The position numbers and the translations under genes were made by a program. From assembly GCA_031290155.1 (NCBI GenBank), contig JAITOB010000008.1:14603-78602 (forward strand): a stretch of 64,000 nt of DNA, written 5' to 3'. Source of the DNA: Endomicrobium sp. (GTDB lineage: Bacteria > Elusimicrobiota > Endomicrobiia > Endomicrobiales > Endomicrobiaceae). This document shows, in pieces, positions 30,853-41,462 of the stretch (its first letter is position 1; the number at the start of each line of letters is the position of its first letter). Below the pieces are notes generated by a model that was given only the letters and a program-made list of their open reading frames with translations, was not told the origin of the DNA and searched no databases.

Positions 30853-31530
30853 ATGTCAAATGAAGAAGTTGTTAGTGCCGTTGTTTGTTTTTTTATATTT
30901 ATATCTTTATTATTTGCAAAAGTACCAAATGAAATAGGATATCACGGAAGGTTGAAGTCATATAATCAACCTTATAATGGAAATCGCTTATCAATAAAAT
31001 ATATGATACTAGCGAAGCAGGAACACCTTTATGGGAATCAGGAAATCAAAATGTTAGTATTTCAAGCGGTATTTTTTCATATGTGATAAAGCAGGAAGTA
31101 AAAAAAGTAAACTGGAGAAAGAGATATTTATGGCTTCAATTAGTTGTAAATAGTCGAGAAATGCATCCGAAAGAGAAATTTTTGGCACAGCCTTATTCTT
31201 TACATACAAAAGTAGCGGAAAACTTATCTTCTGATAACGAAATAAAATTGAAATAGGCACAAATACAGTTTACATGGGTATAAATAACAATAAAATTTAT
31301 CGTAAACCAAAGCAGATGCAATAAGAAATATTACGGGTAATATATCAGTAAATATTGGAGGTGCTTTTCGTAAAGATTCTGATTCTAATCTTGCAACCGA
31401 GGGGCCAGAAGGTGGTTATAGATTTTTTTCAAAGTCTATAGCTTTTGATGCTTCTTTAGTGGTTTCTACAGCAAATGAGAACAGACCTGTTAATTATGCT
31501 ATAAATTATTGCATCAAATACCAAAGAATG
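30853..31530 (+). pseudogene. Secreted tail-fibre/tail-collar-like protein pseudogene
   Basis: Signal-peptide-like N-terminus, 'VPNEIGYHGRL', 'KIYDTSEAGTPLWESG', 'LWLQLVVN...AQPYS' and a phage-fibre C-terminus 'DAIRNITG...FDASLVVSTANENRPVNYAINYCIKY'. Confidence 0.7.
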
Positions 31531-32047
31531 ACAGGGGGCAAAATGGATAAAAAGTTAATAAATATAACATTTTGTTATGACGACAGGTTTTGTATGGAAG
31601 CAGGTGTTGCGAATGTATATCAAAAAAAGATATAACAGTGAACTTCGGTGGTATTATGCTGCAAAGACTGCATTTTATCCATACTTTTTTAAAAAATATT
31701 GCGCAGAAACAATGTGAAAATATTTTTTAAAATTCTGCCTAAATGGTTTGGAAAATTTATATATCGGTTTATTTTTAAAAGAGAAAAGCGCCACCGTTTC
31801 ATAGAAAGATACGTTAAGGGACTGTGAATATTGTTTTATAATCAAATAACTTTATAATAATATGTTTTGTTAAACGGTTTAGACAATCAGCAGGGCAAAC
31901 TTTGTAAGTGCTTCTTCGATTACGCCTTTGATTGTTTTTTCTTATTATGATCGTATGGTTTGCCCGTATTATGTTACTTGGCAGCAGATTTCCACAGCTG
32001 TAAAGATTTGATCGCATATACTTTTTTTAATGAGCAATACATGAAAG

Positions 32048-32830
32048 ATGACATTAAAGGATTATCTTTGCAATACAAAGACGATTGGCAGGACTCTCGA
32101 CCCAAATAAGCTTAATATTATTATTAAAATAAATGATTATGAACCGATGAAATATGATTTTAATATAATTGATATTTCAGATCTTGCGAAATTTAATCCT
32201 GTAAGCATAATTAATAATATAGCAGACTTAACGCCGGTGTTTTGCAAGAAATCTTTTGTAGAAGTAAAATATTCATACAAAATACCTAAAATATTAAAGA
32301 TATTGAAAAAATATGTGCAGCCGAAAGCGTTCCAAAATGTAAAAGAATTATTTACAAATGACGGCGTTGCGCTTTATATATCGTTAAATACTATTGAAGA
32401 AAATGAGCAGATACTTTCTACGAAAATATCAAAAATAAATAAAGATACAGGAATAAGTAATTTAATTCCTGAAAGCAAAAAAACATTATTAATAAATTTT
32501 GATATGAAATCATCAAATGTTTTAACGCCGGGTACAAGCGTAGATATTTTAAACACAATAGAGTATTTTGTCACAAACAGGGAGCTTCAGAAATCTGTAT
32601 TTGCAGTAGCTCAAAATGTTCTTGTTTTGGCTGTCGGAAATAATTATATAGGGGCTGCGATAAAGCAGGATTATGATTGCGGGAATATCAATATTGTAAC
32701 TCTAGCTGTGTCTGTTGAGGAAGCTCAAAAATTCTTATAGCTTCAGAAAGCGGGAATCTTAAATATGTAATAAGATCTGCAGGTGATGTTGAAATATCAG
32801 ATATAAAACCTTTAAAGTTTTCTTCAATGC
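32048..32830 (+). pseudogene. cpaB: TadE-like::CpaB/RcpC chimeric remnant
   Basis: C-terminal 'LTPGTSVDIL', 'QNVLVLAVG', 'VTLAVSVEEAQK' and frameshifted 'GNLKYVIRS' are typical of CpaB. Confidence 0.7.
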
Positions 32831-32944
32831 TAAAAAACGTTTCAAAAGTTAGGCCGCATCAAAAAAATTCAAATAATTTTAATAATGTAGTCTAAAATCA
32901 AAAAGAAGTTTTAGAAATAATAATAAATATTCGCAGAGACAATA

Positions 32945-34453
32945 ATGTTTCTAATAGCTCCGGGATGCGGTATAATACAAAGAGATATAATCGCGCAAGA
33001 TTTATCTTCATCAAGCTCAAATAGAAAAAAAATAGTATTATTCTTGATTTTTCTCTTCCCGGTACTGAACTTTTGGTCTATATATCAAAATGGAATCAAA
33101 TATATAGAAGATATATTGCCGGTGCTATCCGAAATTATTCCTAAAATTTTAAAAAATTATTTGTCTTCTGTTGATGCAAGCGTATTACTTGGACTGAGAT
33201 ATACAATCGATGTATCGATATTCAAAGAATTTTACATTTGATATCTGCCCTTAAAGATGGGTTTAAATATGTTTTTGTCGTTATGCCTGATGAAAAAGCA
33301 ATAATATATTAGCCTTATAAAAAAATCGGATTGCATACTTATTCCTTATATGTCAGACGCAATATCTGCAAAAAGGCAATTATTGTTTTCCAGGAATATA
33401 GTTCTATGTCGGCAAATATAAATTTTATAACTTTAAAACTTAATGCTGGGCATGATTTTTGTACGGATAAAATATTAAATATGTTTGAAATTTTTAAAGA
33501 CAGTATTCAAGCTGCTTTTAATCTCCAGATACAGGAGCATATATTTCTCCTAAATTTTCTTACAGAGATAAATCAAATTCTTACGTTTCAGCTTTAGAAA
33601 ATATAATTAATGTTTACGATTCTAAAATAAAAACTCTAAATGTATATGAAGAATCTCATTATAGCAATGAAAATGTATATAAAGAATTAAAAGAAAATAT
33701 ACAAACAGAGCTTGTTGAAGTCATAAAAGATTGTTCCAGTGAAACTGACAGCGAAAAATTAAGACAGAAGACTAAAAATAAAATATCTGAAATTATAAAA
33801 AACGTGAACTCAATATACCTAAAGATATTTCAGACAAACTTTATAAAAAACTTTGTGATATTGCATGGTTTGGCGTTTAGAAGATTTTTTAAAAGATTCG
33901 TTGGTTACCGAAATAATGATTATGACAGTATTTTTATTGAAAAAGTCGGAAAAATATCAAAAACAAATGTTGCTTTCGCTGATGAAAAAAAGTCAAAAAC
34001 GTTATAGAAAGAATAGTTGCGCAAGTTGGAAGACATATTGACGAGTCATCGCCTATTGTTGATGCAAGACTTAAAGACGGTTCACGCGTTAATGCTGTTA
34101 TAAGACCGGTATCTTTACGGTCCTGTAATTACAATAGAAAATTTTTGAAAAATAAACTTTCAGCGGACTCGTTAATTGTGCCTGAAAGTTCGGTTATTTC
34201 GCAAATAGCGTCTACAATTAACATTATAGCTCAAATCACTCGTTACTCTGACGGTTCTAGAAAAATATCTTCAATTTCAACAATAAATAAAACAGATGAT
34301 GCAAAAATATGATATCAAATCTATTTTTGAGTTTGATTTAAAAGCTTTTGAAAATGGAGTTCAAAAAGGCAATTTCACTTTTTGCGGACATATTCCAGAA
34401 TTTGTAAATACTGCTCTGCAAAGAGGAGTAAACGCGGATATGGAAATTTTTAA
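32945..34453 (+). pseudogene. tadA: Tad/Flp pilus ATPase (TadA/CpaF) pseudogene with a degraded N-terminal region
   Basis: '[30 protein letters not shown]' and '[16 protein letters not shown]'; the Walker A/B core is missing. Confidence 0.85.
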
Positions 34454-35208
34454 ATGATAAAAATATTAATTCTTATTTCTTTGCTGCGTTTTTATTTTGT
34501 TTTGTATATGTATTTTAACTGGTATGTAAAAGATAAAAAGAAACGTAAATTTACAACTTTGATAGATAATCAGGTGATTGAAACTTTAGCCGTAATAAAA
34601 AGTTCGGCGCAGGCAGTCACTCCATTCAAAATGCAATCAATATTGCTCAAACAGAACTTAAAGAACCTATCAAACCTGAATTCGCAAAGATGGCCGATAG
34701 TCTGGCTTTAAGTGTTAGCTTTGATAAAGTTTTGGAAGAAGCTTCTAAAAATGCAAAAAACAAGGAATTTAAACTTATGATAGATACTATAAGAATATCT
34801 AAAGACACGAGTGCGAGTTTAGGCTATATATTTGAGAGAATAACAGATTCTGTTAGTCAAAGAATTCAATACAGTCAAAAATAACCGCTTTAAACTACAC
34901 AGGGCAGGATGTCTGGAAATGTTGTCAGCATTATGCCTTCTGTAGTTATGTTTATGATGTATATTATCGAGCCTGATATAATGAAATCTTTATTTGTTAC
35001 TTTACCTGTTAATGATTATATTATTTTGTATGTTTTCAGGTCTGTTGTATTTCCTACAGTTTATTATATGCTTGTTAATATTAGTAAAATGAAACTTGCC
35101 GGTAAGGTGTATAATGCTGTTGAAAAAAGAAAAAATAAAAATTTTATTGTGCCTGTAATAATGAATACCGCTAAAAAACTTGGAAATCTTATAGCTCGTG
35201 TTAAATAA
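34454..35208 (+). pseudogene. tadB: TadB-like pilus platform protein pseudogene
   Basis: Three frames with 'ETLAVIKSS', 'IRISKDTSASL..IFERI' and 'TTQGRMSG'. Follows tadA; the last fragment may run into tadC. Confidence 0.7.
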
Positions 35209-35209
35209 A

Positions 35210-35884
35210 AAAATTTATTTTAGAGGTGGAAAAAATTGAAATAATTTTAAAATCTATCGGAGGTAAATATTCAAAAATCAATGCTTATCAATTTCTTGCG
35301 TTTCAATTGTTTGCAATGGCTGGCGGGATATTAGTTTCTGTTATTTTGATTAAGCTCTGATATTTTTGTAGTATTATTACTGGGACTGGGTTCTTTTTTC
35401 CCGTCTTTTTTAAAAATTAAGGAAGAAGCTAAAAAGAAAAAAGAGCTTATAGCAAAACAACTGCCGGAAATGTTGGATTTACTTTCAATTATTCTTGACG
35501 CAGGACTTGATTTTTACGGAGCTTTTGCCGATTTTAAAAATAATGCAAGGACCGTTATCTTATGAATTAACGAATGCTCTGACAAAGATTTCTTTAGAAT
35601 ATGATAAAAATCTGCTTTAACAGAAATGGCGCATGAAACAAAAGTTGAGCAGCTGGGTTTTTTTGTAAGAACAATAAATATGGCGCTTGACTCAGGTATG
35701 CCTATGGCGGATACTTTAAAACGTTATCTATATCTTTGAGAGAACAAAGAGCGTCGTATGCTGAGAAAAAGCGCAAGAAATGCCTATTAAAATGTTAATT
35801 CCTTTAATTCTGTTGATATTTTCCACTATTTTTATAATTATTTTTGGCCATATAGTAATCAACTTTGTAAAAACAGGTTTCTAA
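35210..35884 (+). pseudogene. tadC: TadC-like pilus platform protein pseudogene
   Basis: 'QLPEMLDLLSIILDAGLDF', 'GMPMADTL' and 'AQEMPIKMLIPLILLIF' across frameshifts. Confidence 0.8.
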
Positions 35885-36053
35885 AATAAATTATAATTAT
35901 GGTATTTTCTGCATATATATACTTTTTGTTGTCTAAAAAGAAAAATAAATCTATTTCAAAATAATATTAGAAAGCCTTCTTTAAATAAAAGCATCTTTTT
36001 TTACAAAGTAAAGTGATGTGTTTATAAAATAATGCGTATTTAAATTTGGTATA

Positions 36054-36728
36054 ATGCATCTCATGGGTGAAATATTAACTTTTGAAACAATAAAAAATAA
36101 TCCTGAAATACAAGTATACCTTGAATTTACTGATAGGGCTTTTGCCCTTACAGATTACAAAGATCACGGCAGAGGGCATGCTTTGCATGCTGCCAATATT
36201 GCCGAGCAGATTTTAAAATGCTTAGGATATAGCAGAAGAGAACAAGAGCTTGCCAAGATTGCTGCCTTTGTTCATGATATTGGCAATGTAGTTTCAAAGC
36301 ATGGTCATGATCAAAGCAGTGCAAAGATATTTTTAAATGTTATAGGTGAGGATAAATATAATGAGGAAATTTTTGTAATAGCAAGTGCTGTAGGATGCCA
36401 TGAAGATAAAACTATGGATCCTGTTTCTCCTATTGCCGCTGCTCTTGTTCTTGCAGATAAAACAGATGTGCGTCATGATAGAATACGAGCCAAAAATTTT
36501 TATTATCTTGACAAACATTTTCGCGTTGTTGCTGCCTGCCAAAAAGTTGATATTGTTGCAAATAAAAAAAGAATGAACATTGAGCTGTGGATAAAAATTG
36601 ATACTTCAATATGTTCTGTTATGGATTATTTTGAGATATTTATGTCTAGAACAAATTACTGCAGAAGAGCTAGTAGCGTTTTAAACTGTAATTTTGAATT
36701 GTATATTAATGAGGATAAGTTTCTATAA
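36054..36728 (+). CDS. HD-domain phosphohydrolase (paralog 1)
   Basis: DHGRGHA, HDIGN, CHED and LADKTDV. Confidence 0.85.
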   Translation: MHLMGEILTFETIKNNPEIQVYLEFTDRAFALTDYKDHGRGHALHAANIAEQILKCLGYSRREQELAKIAAFVHDIGNVVSKHGHDQSSAKIFLNVIGEDKYNEEIFVIASAVGCHEDKTMDPVSPIAAALVLADKTDVRHDRIRAKNFYYLDKHFRVVAACQKVDIVANKKRMNIELWIKIDTSICSVMDYFEIFMSRTNYCRRASSVLNCNFELYINEDKFL

Positions 36729-37858
36729 TGGAAAGCGGTTCTTACCGGCTTATAAAAAAATCGTCTGAATGTAATGCAAGACTAGGAATGGTTTATACTA
36801 CAAGGGGTGTTATAAATACTCCGGTTTTTATGCCTGTAGGGACGCAAGGCTCGGTAAAAGGCATACCTGTTGAATTTTTGCACAATTCCGATACAAAGAT
36901 AATACTTGCAAACTCGTATCATTTATATCTTCGGCCTGGAACTGAAATAATAAAAAAAGCGGGTGGAATACAAAGATTTAATTCGTGGAATAAACCGATG
37001 CTGACGGATTCCGGCGGGTTTCAGATGTTTAGTTTAAAAGAGATTAGGAAAATTAATGAAAATGGGGCTGAATTTCAATCGCATATAGACGGGTCAAAGC
37101 ATTTTTTTTCACCGGAAAAATCTATACAGGTTCAAAAAGATATAGGCGCGGACATAATAATGTGTTTTGATGAATGTGCGCCTTACCCTTCAGATTACCA
37201 ATATGCAGGAATATCTGCAGAATTAAGTCTTAAATGGGCAAAAAGATGTAAAGAAGAATTTTATAAAGATGATTCTTATAGCACTCAAGGATTGTTTGGT
37301 ATTATACAGGGATCAGTATATAATGATTTAAGATTAAAAAGTACATATGAAATGTTAGATATTGGTTTTACCGGTTACGCAGTCGGCGGGCTTTCTGTTG
37401 GCGAATCAAAAGTATATATGCATTCTGTCTTAGATAGTATCGTACACATCATTCCCGAGAATAAAGCCAGGTATCTTATGGGAGTTGGAATGCCTGAAGA
37501 TTTATGGGAATGTGTTGAACGCGGAATAGATATGTTTGACTGTGTTATTCCTACAAGAAATGGACGCAACGGGCAGGTTTTTACAAGTCTTGGTAAAATT
37601 AATATAAGAAATGCAGAATTTAAAGAAGATTTTAGCCCATTGGACCCTTTTTGTAATTGCCCTACATGCAAGGGATATTCAAAGGCATACCTTAATCATT
37701 TAGTAAGAGCGCAAGAAACTTTATACTTAAGTCTTTTATCTTTACATAATATCTATTTTATGATAGACTTAATGTCTAAAATAAGAAAGTCATTGGAAAA
37801 CGACACATTTCTTAAATCAAAAAAAGAATTTTTTGAAAAATACTATTCAAGGAACTAG
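36728..37858 (+). CDS. tgt: Queuine tRNA-ribosyltransferase (bacterial type)
   Basis: TPVFMPVGT, TDSGGFQ, FDEC, GGLSVGE, DMFDCV.PTRNGR and the CxCxxC...H zinc site. Confidence 0.97.
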   Translation: MESGSYRLIKKSSECNARLGMVYTTRGVINTPVFMPVGTQGSVKGIPVEFLHNSDTKIILANSYHLYLRPGTEIIKKAGGIQRFNSWNKPMLTDSGGFQMFSLKEIRKINENGAEFQSHIDGSKHFFSPEKSIQVQKDIGADIIMCFDECAPYPSDYQYAGISAELSLKWAKRCKEEFYKDDSYSTQGLFGIIQGSVYNDLRLKSTYEMLDIGFTGYAVGGLSVGESKVYMHSVLDSIVHIIPENKARYLMGVGMPEDLWECVERGIDMFDCVIPTRNGRNGQVFTSLGKINIRNAEFKEDFSPLDPFCNCPTCKGYSKAYLNHLVRAQETLYLSLLSLHNIYFMIDLMSKIRKSLENDTFLKSKKEFFEKYYSRN

Positions 37859-37888
37859 TTTTCAAGAAATTAAAGAAGAGGTTAAAAA

Positions 37889-38281
37889 ATGAGGAAGTGG
37901 ATTAATGTATTTTTGTTGCTTTTTATGTCAGTTTTTGTAATGCCGTCATTAGCATTTGCGCGTTCTCCTTTAGAAGGGCTGTCTTCTTTTGGAGGATTGA
38001 TGCCGTTGGTGCTAATATTTATTTTTTTCTACCTCTTTTTGTTAAGACCGCAGCAAAAAAAAGCCAAACAGCATCAGAATTTATTAAATGTTTTAAAAAA
38101 AGACGACAGGATTATCACTGCTGGCGGATTATATGCTACAGTAAATTCTGTTAAAGGAAATATTATTGAAGCCAAGATTGCAGATGGAGTTTGCGTTCAA
38201 ATTGCAAAGCAATCTATTTCTACTGTTATAACAAAAGAAACAGAAGAGGCGACAAAAATACCTGAAATAGTTAAGAAATAA
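37889..38281 (+). CDS. yajC: Preprotein translocase subunit YajC
   Basis: FYLFLLRPQQKK and DRIITAGGL; lies between tgt and secD. Confidence 0.93.
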   Translation: MRKWINVFLLLFMSVFVMPSLAFARSPLEGLSSFGGLMPLVLIFIFFYLFLLRPQQKKAKQHQNLLNVLKKDDRIITAGGLYATVNSVKGNIIEAKIADGVCVQIAKQSISTVITKETEEATKIPEIVKK

Positions 38282-38407
38282 ATAAAGAAATTATTCTTGC
38301 GCTCTCACTCCTGGATTTAGAAATTGTGTTTTTAGCAATGGCATAATTGCGGAACCTTAAATTAAGGTTTGGTTGTAGCAAGAGACAATTTTGTATGGCG
38401 TATAATA

Positions 38408-39091
38408 ATGAATAATAAAAATAAATATTCAAATATAACTCTTGAAGACGTAAAGAAAAATCCGATAGTCAATGTGTTTATTAAATCGGCGAATGATTAT
38501 TTAGGAACAATTGGCTATACAGAACACGGTATAAGGCACGTAAGCTTGGTTGCTTCTATATCAGAAAATATTTTGTTGTATCTTGAATATCCAAAAAGAA
38601 TTCAGCAACTTGCCGGGATAGCAGGTTATATGCACGATATAGGCAATGTTGTAAACAGGAAAAATCATGGACAATCTGCCGCTATTATAGCTATGAAATT
38701 ACTTAAAGATATGGGAACCACGCCTGAAGAAACGGCTTTGATAATCTCAGCGATAGGAAACCATGAAGAAGAAATAGGCGATCCTGTCAATCCTATAGCA
38801 GCAGCTTTAATTTTAGCTGATAAGTCTGATGTGCATAAAACAAGAGTAAGAAACTCCGACGTTGCAAAATATGACATACACGATAGAGTAAATTCTGCCG
38901 TAGAAAAATCTTTTCTGAAAGTTATTAAAGATAAAAAAATTATATCGCTTCAGCTTACAATTGATACGAATATATCTAAAATTATGGAGTATTTTGAAAT
39001 TTTTATGTATAGAATGCTTATGTGCAGAAGAGCCGCCAGTTTTTTAAATTGTACTTTCGAATTAATAATAAATGATAGGAAATTACTTTAA
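38408..39091 (+). CDS. HD-domain phosphohydrolase (paralog 2)
   Basis: GYTEHGIRH, HDIGN, GNHEE, LADKSDVH and DIHDRVN. Confidence 0.88.
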   Translation: MNNKNKYSNITLEDVKKNPIVNVFIKSANDYLGTIGYTEHGIRHVSLVASISENILLYLEYPKRIQQLAGIAGYMHDIGNVVNRKNHGQSAAIIAMKLLKDMGTTPEETALIISAIGNHEEEIGDPVNPIAAALILADKSDVHKTRVRNSDVAKYDIHDRVNSAVEKSFLKVIKDKKIISLQLTIDTNISKIMEYFEIFMYRMLMCRRAASFLNCTFELIINDRKLL

Positions 39092-40518
39092 TGAGCAAAC
39101 TTAACTGGAAGTTGTTGTTGACTATTCTGCTGCTAATTATTTCAATATGGATATTATGGCCGTCGTTTAATTGGGTAATAATGTCTGATGATAGAAAGGA
39201 ACAAATAGAAAAAAATGGAGATCCAATATTAAGTAAAATTTTAAAATTAGGTTTAGATTTAAAAGGAGGAACTCATCTTCTTTTGGAAGTTGATGCATCG
39301 CATTTAGAAGAAAGCGTTAAAATAAAAGATGCAGTTGACAGAGCGACAGAAATTGTTAGAAACAGAATTGATCAGTTCGGCGTAGCAGGACCTATGATTG
39401 CAAAACAAGGAGATAAATGGATAGTGGTGCAGCTACCCGGTATTAAAGATCCTAAAGTCGCAAAGAATTTGATAGGCAGGACGGCGCTGCTTGAATTTAG
39501 AATAATAAATACAAGTAAAGAAGCAAATCAAGTCCTAGAGTTGTTTTCTGATAAAAGCATTACCCCTGCAGAATATAGAGAAAATCCGTCAGCGTATCCT
39601 GACATACAAGCTGTTATGCCGGAAGGAACATCGGTTTTTGAAAGTAAAGAAAGTACAAGATATTATATTTTAAATAAAGCTCTTTTAACCGGTGCCGCTC
39701 TTGCAAACGCAAAAGTTGAGTTTGACAGACAATTTGGACAACCTGTAGTTTCAATAGAATTTGATAAAGAAAGTAAAAAAATATTTGCAGATATTACTGA
39801 AGAAAATATAGAAAGGAACCTGGCTATAGTTCTTGACGATATTATACAATCTGCTCCTGTAATTAGCTCAAAAATTCCCGACGGCAAGGCAATTATTGAA
39901 GGTAACTTTAATGCTGAAGACGCAAGACTTCTTGTAACCGTGTTAAGAGCAGGTGCGCTTCCTGCTCCTGTTAAAGTAATAGAAGAAAGAACAGTCGGAC
40001 CGTCGCTTGGAAATGACTCAGTAAGAAAAGGCTTCATATCATCTCTTGTTGGAATTGTAGTAGTTTTCATATTTATGATTATATATTATCGTTTTTCCGG
40101 ATTGATAGCAGATATAGCCCTTGCTTTAAATTTAATAATACTTATGGCCGCTATGACATATTTTCAATTTACTCTTACGCTTCCCGGCGTAGCCGGCATA
40201 GCTCTTACGCTTGCTATGGCTGTTGATGCTAATGTTCTTATATTAGAAAGAATAAGAGAAGAACTTAACGCGGGTAAAACGGTAAGAGTTGCAGTGGATG
40301 CCGGTTATCAGAAGGTTTTCTGGACTATTTTTGATGCGAATATTACAACTCTTATAGCTGCAGTTTTTCTGTTTCAGTTTGGTACCGGTCCTGTAAAAGG
40401 TTTTGCCGTTACTCTTTCAATAGGTCTCATTGTAAGCATGTTTACTGCTATCACTACAACTAAACTTATATATGAATTTTTATTTAAAGAAAATCTTTTG
40501 TTAAAAATAAACATATAA
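39091..40518 (+). CDS. secD: Protein translocase subunit SecD
   Basis: LGLDLKGG, RIDQFGV, VQLPG, GALPAP, VGPSLG and AVDANVLILERIREE. Confidence 0.97.
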   Translation: MSKLNWKLLLTILLLIISIWILWPSFNWVIMSDDRKEQIEKNGDPILSKILKLGLDLKGGTHLLLEVDASHLEESVKIKDAVDRATEIVRNRIDQFGVAGPMIAKQGDKWIVVQLPGIKDPKVAKNLIGRTALLEFRIINTSKEANQVLELFSDKSITPAEYRENPSAYPDIQAVMPEGTSVFESKESTRYYILNKALLTGAALANAKVEFDRQFGQPVVSIEFDKESKKIFADITEENIERNLAIVLDDIIQSAPVISSKIPDGKAIIEGNFNAEDARLLVTVLRAGALPAPVKVIEERTVGPSLGNDSVRKGFISSLVGIVVVFIFMIIYYRFSGLIADIALALNLIILMAAMTYFQFTLTLPGVAGIALTLAMAVDANVLILERIREELNAGKTVRVAVDAGYQKVFWTIFDANITTLIAAVFLFQFGTGPVKGFAVTLSIGLIVSMFTAITTTKLIYEFLFKENLLLKINI

Positions 40519-40529
40519 TCGGAGGAGAA

Positions 40530-41462
40530 GTGCAATTTTTTAAATCTACAGATATAGACTTTATAAACAATAGATATAAATTTTTTTTTGCTGCCGGATT
40601 ATTATTGTTAATGACAATAAGTTCTTTAATTTATAGAGGCGCTCCTAATTACGGTATTGATTTTACAGGCGGTATTCTCATGCAGATTTCTTTTCAGAAA
40701 GAGGCCGCTTTAGATGATGTTCGCAGAGCTGTTGAAGAAAGCGGAATAAAATCTTTTGAACTTCAAAAGTCCGATAATCTTATTATTATAAGAGCAAAAA
40801 AAAAATTTGAATTTCAGGAAGAATTTGAAAAATTAATTACAAGTTCTATAAGCTCAAAAATTCCTGACAATCCTATGAAAGTTGAAAGAATTGAATATGT
40901 GGGGCCTAGTGTCGGGAAATATCTTTACAAACAGACTGTGTATGCTTTTGTATTTGCATTTTTAGGTATGATTGTTTATGTTGCTTTTAGATTTAAATCT
41001 GGACTGTGGGGAGTTGCATCTGCTATAGGAATTTTACATGATGTTTTTATATCTTTTGGTTTTGTAGTTCTTGTAAATAAAGAGATTAATATAACAGCTA
41101 TTGCCGCTCTTCTTACTGTTGCTGGTTATTCGATTAACGATACTATAGTTTTATTTGACAGGATAAAAGAAAATTTAAGACTTGCTGCTAAAGAGGATTT
41201 TGCAACCATAATTAATAAGAGTGTAAATGAGGTTCTTGTTAGAACTGTTGTTACTTCTGTTACAATATTTATTGTATCATGTTCGCTCTTTTTTTTCGGA
41301 GGCGAAGTTATACATACTTTCGCGTATATAATGGTTATAGGAACAATACTCGGGGTGTTTTCTACAATATTTATTTGCACCCCTTTTGTTTATGAGTACA
41401 AAATAAGAAGGAATAAACGTTTAAAAGCTGCTATTGCGCAAAACAGTATTCGTCCAAAATAA
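40530..41462 (+). CDS. secF: Protein translocase subunit SecF
   Basis: GIDFTGG, VGPSVG, HD and GYSINDTIVLFDRIKEN. Confidence 0.97.
   Translation: MQFFKSTDIDFINNRYKFFFAAGLLLLMTISSLIYRGAPNYGIDFTGGILMQISFQKEAALDDVRRAVEESGIKSFELQKSDNLIIIRAKKKFEFQEEFEKLITSSISSKIPDNPMKVERIEYVGPSVGKYLYKQTVYAFVFAFLGMIVYVAFRFKSGLWGVASAIGILHDVFISFGFVVLVNKEINITAIAALLTVAGYSINDTIVLFDRIKENLRLAAKEDFATIINKSVNEVLVRTVVTSVTIFIVSCSLFFFGGEVIHTFAYIMVIGTILGVFSTIFICTPFVYEYKIRRNKRLKAAIAQNSIRPK

Noticed and set aside
30853-31530. Prophage next to tRNA-fMet
   Set aside because: No integrase, capsid, terminase or att duplication was seen, and the fibre-like gene has a signal-peptide-like start.
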